A DNA stretch of 64,000 nucleotides from Brevinematales bacterium (GTDB lineage: Bacteria; Spirochaetota; Brevinematia; Brevinematales; JAOACQ01). Position numbers and translations under genes: made by a program. The notes beneath the pieces are model-generated. The model was not told the DNA's origin, made no database searches, and saw only the letters and a list, made by a program, of their open reading frames with translations. The DNA is taken from positions 73,108-137,107 of the forward strand of contig JBBFLL010000002.1 of NCBI GenBank assembly GCA_037479045.1. Direction: 5' to 3'. Below are positions 56,749 through 64,000 of this stretch, piece after piece (positions within the stretch are counted from its first letter, which is position 1; each line of letters opens with the position of its first letter).

Positions 56749-57923
56749 TTTGTTTCAAGTGCTATCATTAATTCTTCATTAGTAGGAACAAGCAAGATTT
56801 TGGTTTTAGATTCTTTTTTACTCAGATCTGCAAGTTTTCCTCTTGTAGTCTGATTTTTTTCACTATCAAGGATTATTCCATACTCTTCAAGCCCCATAAC
56901 ACTCTGTTCCCTGATATGCCATTCGTTTTCACCAATACCTGCAGTAAATATTATAGCGTCAACTCTACCGAGTTCAACCATATAAGCCCCAATATACTTC
57001 CTAATGCTTTTCACAAGGACTTCTATAGCAATTTTTGCTCTTTTGTCTTCATCTTTTTTTGCAAAAATATCCCTTAAATCATTTGAAATTCCAGACAAAC
57101 CTAAAAGCCCAGACTTTTTGTTTAAAACATCATTTATCTCTTTTGGAGAGAGATTTTCTTTTTCCATAAGGAAGAATATTATTGCTGGATCAATACTACC
57201 AGATCTTGTTCCCATCACCACACCCTCAAGTGGAGTAAATCCCATAGATGTATCAACTGACTTTCCACCTTTAATAGCTGTAATACTTGAACCATTACCA
57301 AGATGACAAGAAATAGCATTAAAATTCTCAATTTTTATTCCAAGAAACTCTGCTGCTTTCATACTAACATATCTATGAGAAGTACCATGAAAGCCATATC
57401 TTCTTATTCCATACTTTTCGTAAAACTCATACGGAAGTGCATACATATAAGAACTCTCTGGCATAGTCTGATGAAAAGCAGTATCAAAAACAGCAACCTG
57501 CTTTGTTTTTGGTAAAATTTCCTTACAGGCAAGAATACCCTGTAAGTTTGGAGGATTATGAAGTGGAGCAAGCTCAGAATATTTTTCAATTGATTTTATA
57601 ACTTTATCATCTATTAAAACTGATTTAAAAAATTCTTCTCCACCATGAACAACTCTATGACCAATAGCATCTATTTCATCAAGAGAGGAGATAAAATTAT
57701 TGTTTTTATCAATTAAAGAATCAATAACCACTTTCAGTGCTTCTGTGTGGTTTTTGGCAGAAACCTTTGATTTAATCTTTTCACCATTTTTGTTATTAAA
57801 ACTGAATTCGGCATCACTACCTATCTTTTCAACAATTCCCTTTGTGATAACAAGTTCACTATCTGTTTCTATGAGCTGATACTTCAGTGAAGAACTACCT
57901 GCATTGATAACAAGGACTTTCAT
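56733..57923 (-). CDS. ackA: Acetate kinase
   Basis: I prefer the ATG at 57923 (MKVLVINAGSSSLKYQ, GGGGGA upstream). Contains the HRVVHGG and GFHGTSH motifs. Confidence 0.95.
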   Translation of the reverse strand: MKVLVINAGSSSLKYQLIETDSELVITKGIVEKIGSDAEFSFNNKNGEKIKSKVSAKNHTEALKVVIDSLIDKNNNFISSLDEIDAIGHRVVHGGEEFFKSVLIDDKVIKSIEKYSELAPLHNPPNLQGILACKEILPKTKQVAVFDTAFHQTMPESSYMYALPYEFYEKYGIRRYGFHGTSHRYVSMKAAEFLGIKIENFNAISCHLGNGSSITAIKGGKSVDTSMGFTPLEGVVMGTRSGSIDPAIIFFLMEKENLSPKEINDVLNKKSGLLGLSGISNDLRDIFAKKDEDKRAKIAIEVLVKSIRKYIGAYMVELGRVDAIIFTAGIGENEWHIREQSVMGLEEYGIILDSEKNQTTRGKLADLSKKESKTKILLVPTNEELMIALETKWIVG

Positions 57924-58100
57924 AATATCCCCCAAGAATTAATTATTATAAAACAAAAAACCAAAAATTTCAAATTTTCAGTTTAAAAAATAATTTTAAA
58001 AATTAATTTTAAAATGAAATTCTGTAATATATCAATAATAAAATTTAGTTTTTATTCAAAATTTTCAGACTGCCAATAAAAAAACAATCTTTAATAATTT

Positions 58101-58129
58101 TTGAAAAAAAAAAGGACTTATGTTATAAT
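58101..58129 (+). promoter_or_regulatory. Putative mgtE promoter: TTGAAA-N17-(TGt)TATAAT
   Basis: ttgaaa at 58101-58106, 17-nt spacer ending in TGt, tataat at 58124-58129. The start codon is 38 nt downstream. Confidence 0.5.
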
Positions 58130-58166
58130 TCTTGACCTTTCCGACACCTTTCCAGAGGAGGTCAGT

Positions 58167-59525
58167 ATGCTTAAAGAAATTTTTAAGCCAGAGATCATTG
58201 AGTTGATAGAAAAGAAAGAATGGAAAGCATTAAAAGAAGTTTTATCTGACTGGCCACCTCAGGATATAGCGAGCCTTATAACCAGTCTTGAAGAAAAAGA
58301 AGCATTTATAGTTTTTCGTCTTCTTCCGAAGTCAGTTGCAAGTGAAGTCTTCAGTGAACTTGATGCTGAAACTCATGAAATAATTCTTTCGCAATTAACA
58401 AATGATCAGGTTAAAGAAATATTCCTTGAACTTTCTCCAGACGACAGAACAGAACTTTTTGAAGAGTTACCTCCTGAAGCTACACAAAAGATTATAAATC
58501 TATTACCTCCTCAGGAAAGAAAAGAAGCATTACAATTACTTGGCTATCCAGAGGATAGTGTCGGTAGGTTGATGACTCCTGACTATATAGCAATTAAAGC
58601 AGAATGGACGGTTGAACAGGCTATCGAATACATAAGAGAAAAAGGAATAGATGCAGAAACCATAAATATGGTGTATGTAATAGACGATAACAATAAACTT
58701 ATTGATGATATTCCAATAAGAAGGCTTATAATTTCAAATCCAAAAAATAAGATTTCTTCAATAATGGATGAAAATTTTATTTCTATATTTGTAAACGAAG
58801 ATCAGGAAGAAGCTGTTAGAACAATGAAGCGTTATAGACTTAATGTTTTACCAGTTGTTGATCAAAATGGAATTCTTCTTGGTATTGTTACAATTGATGA
58901 TATTATGGACATTATGGAAGAAGAAGATTCTGAAGATTTCACAAAAGTATCTGGTATAAGTTCGCATGATGTTGGTGTAGATATTATAACAGACCTTCTT
59001 AAATCTCCAATTACAACACTTTACAAAAGTAGAATTTTCTGGCTTTTTGCTTTGCTTATAATGGATCTTTTCACTGGTGGAATTATAAATAGTTTTGAGA
59101 CTCTTATTGGTAAATATATTGTTTTAGTAACATTTTTACCTGTCCTTGTTGATACTGCTGGAAATGCTGGTGCACAATCTGCAACACTTACCATTAGAGC
59201 ATTAGCACTTGGAACTGTAAAGCCAGCTGACTGGGTAAAACTCTTTTTTAAGGAAATTTCGGTATCAACTTTACTAGGGATTAGTATGGGAATTGGAATT
59301 TCTTTTATGGGTTTTGTAAGAGGAGGCTTTAATATAGCAAGAGTTATAGTTTTGAGTATGTTTATAAATGTAGTTATTGGTTCCCTAATAGGTATAATAT
59401 TGCCATTCATTTTTGCTGGTCTTAAAAAAGACCCAGCTACAGCAAGCACCCCATTAATTACAACTCTTGCTGATATTATTGGGACAGGAATATATCTAAC
59501 AATTGCGACTCTTATGCTTGGGTAG
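58167..59525 (+). CDS. mgtE: Magnesium transporter MgtE
   Basis: I prefer the ATG at 58167 (MLKEIFKPE, AGAGGAGG upstream). Has an MgtE_N domain, a CBS pair and a C-terminal 5-TM domain (PVLVDTAGNAGAQS). Confidence 0.9.
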   Translation: MLKEIFKPEIIELIEKKEWKALKEVLSDWPPQDIASLITSLEEKEAFIVFRLLPKSVASEVFSELDAETHEIILSQLTNDQVKEIFLELSPDDRTELFEELPPEATQKIINLLPPQERKEALQLLGYPEDSVGRLMTPDYIAIKAEWTVEQAIEYIREKGIDAETINMVYVIDDNNKLIDDIPIRRLIISNPKNKISSIMDENFISIFVNEDQEEAVRTMKRYRLNVLPVVDQNGILLGIVTIDDIMDIMEEEDSEDFTKVSGISSHDVGVDIITDLLKSPITTLYKSRIFWLFALLIMDLFTGGIINSFETLIGKYIVLVTFLPVLVDTAGNAGAQSATLTIRALALGTVKPADWVKLFFKEISVSTLLGISMGIGISFMGFVRGGFNIARVIVLSMFINVVIGSLIGIILPFIFAGLKKDPATASTPLITTLADIIGTGIYLTIATLMLG

Positions 59526-59534
59526 GTTTTCACA

Positions 59535-60854
59535 ATGGAATTATATATTTCAACTAAAGAAAAAAAGTTTGTAAAAAAGCCTTTAACTTTAAGTAAAATA
59601 GATAAAAAACTCGAATTCAACCTCATTAAAATTTATGAAAAAGAGTATCAGGAAATTCTTGGTTTTGGAGGTGCTATTACTGAAGCCTCAGGCTATGTTT
59701 TTTCAAAATTAAGTCAAACAAATAAAGAAATAATAATTAATAACTATTTCAAAGAAAATAAATATAATTTTGTACGTATTCATATTGGAAGTTGTGATTT
59801 CTCTCTTGGCCATTATTCCCATATTGAGGAAAATGATGAAACTTTATCTACTTTCTCAATCGAAAGAGATAAAAAATATATCATTCCCTTGTTAAAAGAA
59901 GCATTAAGAATAAAACCAGATTTAAAAATCATTGCTTCTCCATGGAGTCCACCTGCGTTTATGAAAGAAAATAAAGATAGAAATAAAGGTGGGAAATTGC
60001 TTAAAAAATACTATCCTCTCTGGGCAAAATATATAGCAAGATTTATAAAGGAATACAAAAAAGAAGATATACATATATGGGGAATAACAATTCAAAATGA
60101 ACCTATGGCAAAACAAGCGTGGGATTCCTGTGAATTCACTCCAAAGGAAGAAGAGGAATTCCTTGTAAACCATCTCTATCCAACTCTCGAAAAAGAAAAA
60201 CTCAAGCATATAAAAATATTCATCTGGGATCACAATAAGGAATTAATATATGAAAGAGGCTCTTCTATTTTATCAAATTCACTTGCTTACGAATATGTTT
60301 ATGGGGTAGCTTACCACTGGTATAGTGGAGATCATTTTGAAAATTTAAGATTATTTCATGAAAAATATCCAGAAAAGTTTCTCTTAAATACAGAAGCATG
60401 TCAGGAGGGCGGTATAGCTTCTGATGACTGGAAAGTTGCAGAACGTTATGCACATCATATTATTGGTGACTTAAATAATTTTTCTAATGGCTGGATAGAC
60501 TGGAATATTTTACTTGATGAAAATGGTGGCCCAAATCATGTAAAAAATTACTGTGATGCTCCAATTATTGCCAATACTCAAACAAATCAACTTTCTATAA
60601 GAGGTCATTTTTATGCTATAGGGCATTTCAGTAATTTTATAAAAGAAGGTGCAAAAAGACTTGCTACGAGTTCTTTTAATTCAAAAATTGAAACTGTAGC
60701 TTTTTTAAATAAAGATTGTTCTATTGTATGTATAATATTTAATCAAACAGATGAAAAACATAGCTTTAATTTGATAATAAACGAAAAGTACTCAACAATT
60801 GAAAGTGAACCACACTCGATTATTTCAATACTAATCAACCAAGAAGATAGATAA
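59535..60854 (+). CDS. Glycoside hydrolase family 30 (glucosylceramidase-like)
   Basis: 439 aa. GFGGAITEAS, ASPWSPPAFMK, ITIQNEP (acid/base Glu) and a NTEAC region. Confidence 0.8.
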   Translation: MELYISTKEKKFVKKPLTLSKIDKKLEFNLIKIYEKEYQEILGFGGAITEASGYVFSKLSQTNKEIIINNYFKENKYNFVRIHIGSCDFSLGHYSHIEENDETLSTFSIERDKKYIIPLLKEALRIKPDLKIIASPWSPPAFMKENKDRNKGGKLLKKYYPLWAKYIARFIKEYKKEDIHIWGITIQNEPMAKQAWDSCEFTPKEEEEFLVNHLYPTLEKEKLKHIKIFIWDHNKELIYERGSSILSNSLAYEYVYGVAYHWYSGDHFENLRLFHEKYPEKFLLNTEACQEGGIASDDWKVAERYAHHIIGDLNNFSNGWIDWNILLDENGGPNHVKNYCDAPIIANTQTNQLSIRGHFYAIGHFSNFIKEGAKRLATSSFNSKIETVAFLNKDCSIVCIIFNQTDEKHSFNLIINEKYSTIESEPHSIISILINQEDR

Positions 60855-61737
60855 TACCAGTAAGGCTTAACATACTCATAATCAAAGATACAAGCACTAT
60901 CTCGCTTGCAAGTTTTTCATTCGCTCCAAAGTGAGTCGCCAATATTGAAGAATAAACAGCAGAAGGCATTGCAATTTGAAGAATGCTTACTTTAAACATT
61001 ATGTCGCTAACACCAAAGATTTTCAGTATAACAAATCCAATTGTGGGAATAACTACAAGCTTAACAATACTTATTCCAAAAACAAATAGAATATTTTTAT
61101 CAAGTTTAACCCTCGCAAGATTAATACCTACAAGCAAAAGATTGACAGGAATAGCAGAATAACCTATAGCTTTTACTGGCATAATAATTGGTTGTGGAAG
61201 AGTGATTTTAAATAAACTCAATAAAATAGCAAGTATCATTGCATAAAATACAGGAACTTTTAAAATATTTTTAAAAGCTATCTTATAATCATATTTGTCT
61301 CTTGAAGCTATATAAACTCCAAAGGTATTAGTGTAAAATATATAAATTATGAGAAGTATTGAAGCAAAAGACAATGCCCCTTTTCCATAAGCATATTCAA
61401 TAACAGACATTCCGTAATTTCCAGTGTTAGGAAGAACAAGGGTAAGTATCAAAATTGTCTTTATATTTTTACTTAATTTGAATATTCTTGATAAAATTTC
61501 GACTGATAGCCATGTTATTACAAGAAGGATAAGTGTGGATATAAAAACTTTAAAAGTAGTAAATTCAAACAAACCATTTGCTTCAATAAGTGAAATAAAA
61601 ACAAGGCAAGGAGTAAAGATATAAATAGAAACTGTAGAAAAACTTTTTTGATCAAGTTTAAAAAACTTGCCAAGCAAAAATCCCATCAGAAAAATAATAA
61701 TTACAGGTATTATAACATTTATAAAAATACCAATCAT
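60835..61737 (-). CDS. AEC (auxin efflux carrier) family transporter
   Basis: 300 aa with ~10 TM. The 3' end overlaps the GH30 gene convergently by 20 nt. Confidence 0.7.
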   Translation of the reverse strand: MIGIFINVIIPVIIIFLMGFLLGKFFKLDQKSFSTVSIYIFTPCLVFISLIEANGLFEFTTFKVFISTLILLVITWLSVEILSRIFKLSKNIKTILILTLVLPNTGNYGMSVIEYAYGKGALSFASILLIIYIFYTNTFGVYIASRDKYDYKIAFKNILKVPVFYAMILAILLSLFKITLPQPIIMPVKAIGYSAIPVNLLLVGINLARVKLDKNILFVFGISIVKLVVIPTIGFVILKIFGVSDIMFKVSILQIAMPSAVYSSILATHFGANEKLASEIVLVSLIMSMLSLTGIIYLLG

Positions 61738-63101
61738 CTTATTTTTTCCATATTTTTATTTTTTGAATAAAGGAGAACATTGTAGGTTTTTGAAACTTCA
61801 TCACCTATTCTGATTTTTGGACTTATTTCTCCTTTGTTTCTTGCTTCGTAAAGGGCTTCACATATTTCTTCTTTGAGATTTAAAGGACTTATTGGATTGA
61901 TGTATATTCTTGTATTTCCTTCAAAACCAGCAGGATTAACTATTCTTAATTTAATTGATACTCTCCATGGAGAAGGAGAACAGGAATCAAAAGGAGAATA
62001 ATACCATTCTTCATTACAGGTGGTTCTGTTTGTTAAGACCTTATGAATAGAATAGACAAGATCACTAATTCCTTTTATTTCTTCAAAACTGTGTTCAAAA
62101 GGCCTGCAATTTTTACTTTTTGAATAAATAGAGATGGTGGGATAATTACTACCTATTTCTGGAACGGCAATTGCAAAGTCATTTTCAGCAATAAGTAGTC
62201 CTTCATCTATTGAAAAATTTATTGCAAAGTCATTGTATAAATTGATGTTTTGATGAAGTTTTTCTATTTCTTTTTCAAGCTGAACTCCCCACTCATCAAG
62301 GGCTACAAGTTGTCTATGTAGGTGATCAAAACTTGCTCCTGCTGGTTTAAGCCAGTTTTGAAATACACTTATATACTTAATAAAGGGATTTTGTTTCAAA
62401 AGTCTTGTTATGCTTTCTATAGTTATTAACATAAAATTAAAGTGATTTTCTTCTCCAAGTTCCCCAGAAGAAGCAAGCTCATAAGTATATTTTGCATTTT
62501 TCACATAATGTCTTCTTGCAATTATCAAATCATGACACCCATAGAAAAAAGGTTCCATTCTTTTTGTTTTTTCTTTTTCTGAAAGTTCATCAATATTTAT
62601 GCCAAGTTTTCCAAGTTTAATTCTTAACATATTTTCGCAATGAAAATATCCTTCTTTTGTAGACAAGTAATTTTCCTTCCATTCTACTATTTCTTTTGGA
62701 GGCAAATAGTTGTAATTTTTTCTCCAGTAGTCATAAGTAACAATCTCAAAAAGGTTTCCTACAGTTTTAAATTCTGGAGAATTTTTACTTATAATTTCGT
62801 ATGAGGGGTAGTAAATTTTATCCCACTTATCTTCATTCATAAAATAACGAAGTTTTTCTGGGGTGCAATATAGGAAGTTCTTTTCACAAAAATCACAGTA
62901 ATCTTCTGGCTCTCTTTTCTCAAGATTTATTTTTTCTTTAATAGAAAGATTTATTACTGGTCCTTTTCTTCTTTCTTCTACACACCAGACTTCGGTATCT
63001 GAAAATGGATTGACCTGTTTTATTGTTCCGTCTGGCATCTTATGGTAAAATCTGTCATAATCCTTCATAAAGCCCCTAAGGAGCCTTGTCTTTAAAGACA
63101 A
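61734..63101 (-). CDS. GalT-like (HIT-superfamily) nucleotidyltransferase/phosphorylase, DUF4921-like
   Basis: 455 aa. CDFC zinc-knuckle-like motif and SFDHLHRQL (the HxHxQ signature of the galactose-1-P uridylyltransferase branch). Confidence 0.55.
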   Translation of the reverse strand: MSLKTRLLRGFMKDYDRFYHKMPDGTIKQVNPFSDTEVWCVEERRKGPVINLSIKEKINLEKREPEDYCDFCEKNFLYCTPEKLRYFMNEDKWDKIYYPSYEIISKNSPEFKTVGNLFEIVTYDYWRKNYNYLPPKEIVEWKENYLSTKEGYFHCENMLRIKLGKLGINIDELSEKEKTKRMEPFFYGCHDLIIARRHYVKNAKYTYELASSGELGEENHFNFMLITIESITRLLKQNPFIKYISVFQNWLKPAGASFDHLHRQLVALDEWGVQLEKEIEKLHQNINLYNDFAINFSIDEGLLIAENDFAIAVPEIGSNYPTISIYSKSKNCRPFEHSFEEIKGISDLVYSIHKVLTNRTTCNEEWYYSPFDSCSPSPWRVSIKLRIVNPAGFEGNTRIYINPISPLNLKEEICEALYEARNKGEISPKIRIGDEVSKTYNVLLYSKNKNMEKIR

Positions 63102-63192
63102 AGCGTGAATTATTAATTATAAAATCAAGAAGGCTATTTTTCAAATTTATGCCAATTTGATTTAATATTGATATTATGATAAAATCTTTGCT

Positions 63193-64000
63193 ATGGAAAT
63201 TTTTATTAAATCTCTTGAAGCTATTCTTGTATTGATAGGACTCGGTTTTTTTGGATTTTATCTTTTATTCAAAAAATTCTTAAAACAAGAAGTGCTTAAG
63301 ATTCTTTCTCCAATAGCCATAGAATTTGCTGTCCCAGCAATGATATTTTCAGATATAATCTTAAATTTCAAACCTGAAAGAATACCAGATTGGTGGTTAT
63401 ACCCTTTATTCTGGTTAATCTCCTTTATTTTTGGAATATTTCTGTCTTATCTTTTTTCTATTTTTGTAAAAAAAGAGTTTAAAAAAGAGTTTCTTTTAAG
63501 CCTTATTTTCCCAAATGCTGTATTTATTCCAATAGTTCTTATATCAAGTCTTTATGGTGAAAATAGTGATATGCTCGTTAAATTATATCTATTTACTTTA
63601 TTTTTCCCCGTTTTTTTATTTAATCTTTATAACTTATTCATTGACTACAAAAAAATAAAACTTAATATTAAAATCATCTTTAATCCTATCATCCTTACAA
63701 CGATTATCGCTATTTTATTGAAAATAAACAATCTTGAGGTATTTATTCCTGATTTCCTTATTGACATTTCTCGTAGAATTGGGGCTCTTTCTATACCTAT
63801 AATTTTACTCATTATCGGGGGAAATATTTATTTCCAGTTTGAAAAAAAATCTGAAATAAAATGGGGTGAAGTAATCTATTTCGTTATTATAAAAAATATC
63901 ATTTTTCCATTAATTCATATAATGATATTAAATTCTTTAAACATTCCCACAGATGTAAAAATTCTCATATTTTTACAGAGTGCTGTACCACCTGTTACAG
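63193..64000 (+). CDS. AEC family transporter, N-terminal ~269 codons (runs off window end)
   Basis: Not in the ORF track because there is no stop in the window. Hand translation from ATG 63193 gives MEIFIKSLEAILVLIGLGFFGFYLLFKKFLKQEVLKILSPIAIEFAVPAMIFSDII...LQSAVPPVT, polytopic, with no in-frame stop to 64000. Confidence 0.65.
   Translation, partial: MEIFIKSLEAILVLIGLGFFGFYLLFKKFLKQEVLKILSPIAIEFAVPAMIFSDIILNFKPERIPDWWLYPLFWLISFIFGIFLSYLFSIFVKKEFKKEFLLSLIFPNAVFIPIVLISSLYGENSDMLVKLYLFTLFFPVFLFNLYNLFIDYKKIKLNIKIIFNPIILTTIIAILLKINNLEVFIPDFLIDISRRIGALSIPIILLIIGGNIYFQFEKKSEIKWGEVIYFVIIKNIIFPLIHIMILNSLNIPTDVKILIFLQSAVPPVT

Noticed and set aside
57936-58166. Possible M-box (Mg2+) riboswitch upstream of mgtE.
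   Set aside because: A good TTGAAA-N17-TGtTATAAT promoter at 58101-58129 leaves a leader of only ~30 nt. That is far too short for the ~160-nt M-box, and I see none of its conserved GC-rich helices in this AT-rich region.
1-64000. Search for CRISPR arrays, tRNA/rRNA genes, IS elements, integrases and terminal inverted/direct repeats delimiting the 16-kb cluster.
   Set aside because: I saw no repeat-spacer periodicity, no tRNA-like or rRNA-like GC-rich structured segments, and no transposase or recombinase motifs in any long ORF. Mobility of the cluster is therefore unsupported beyond the OMP-gene relic, and the left boundary lies outside the window.

Overview
AT-rich (roughly 30% GC by eye), gene-dense bacterial chromosomal window with about 63 protein-coding genes. 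I recognised no rRNA, tRNA, CRISPR array, transposase or integrase. From 16.7 to 64 kb the genes are mostly housekeeping and envelope functions of a diderm: prfA, an MsbA-like exporter, mraY, panD, mcsA-mcsB-clpC, lysA, asd, ackA, mgtE, tlyA, gmhA and a gmhB fusion, plus a glycan locus (GT4/GT2/GT9 glycosyltransferases, Wzx-type flippase) that contains an MNT-HEPN pair. Two tandem FlaA-like proteins hint at a spirochaete-like lineage, but taxonomy cannot be settled from the sequence alone. The stand-out region is 1-16342, a minus-strand accessory cluster with many 4-11 nt gene overlaps. It opens with a consensus sigma70-type promoter (TTGACA-N19-TATAAT) whose 19-nt spacer contains a 9-nt homopolymeric tract (G9 on +, C9 on the coding strand), so it is a candidate phase-variable switch. 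The promoter drives a radical SAM/SPASM-type maturase and then a maturase-like protein that lacks CxxxCxxC but is Cys-rich at its C-terminus. Next comes a 33-codon gene absent from the ORF track (MNERQDYLVFEVEEVEEKVDFGG-AGCGNCCAAE), which I read as a candidate RiPP precursor. Downstream are a dedicated ACP and KS, a 433-aa unknown, and a membrane HExxH protease with a PqqD-like N-terminus. After those come a secreted DUF4116 protein with a His/Cys-dyad domain, three paralogous secreted proteins (two nearly identical at the DNA level), and two putative OM barrels. The cluster ends with two FtsX/MacB-type permeases and a LolA-like protein. I propose this as an uncharacterised, possibly phase-variable system for a modified (possibly lipidated) peptide with envelope export. 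The link between the modules is inference. A 54-codon relic of an OMP gene C-terminus sits between the cluster and prfA and may mark an insertion scar.
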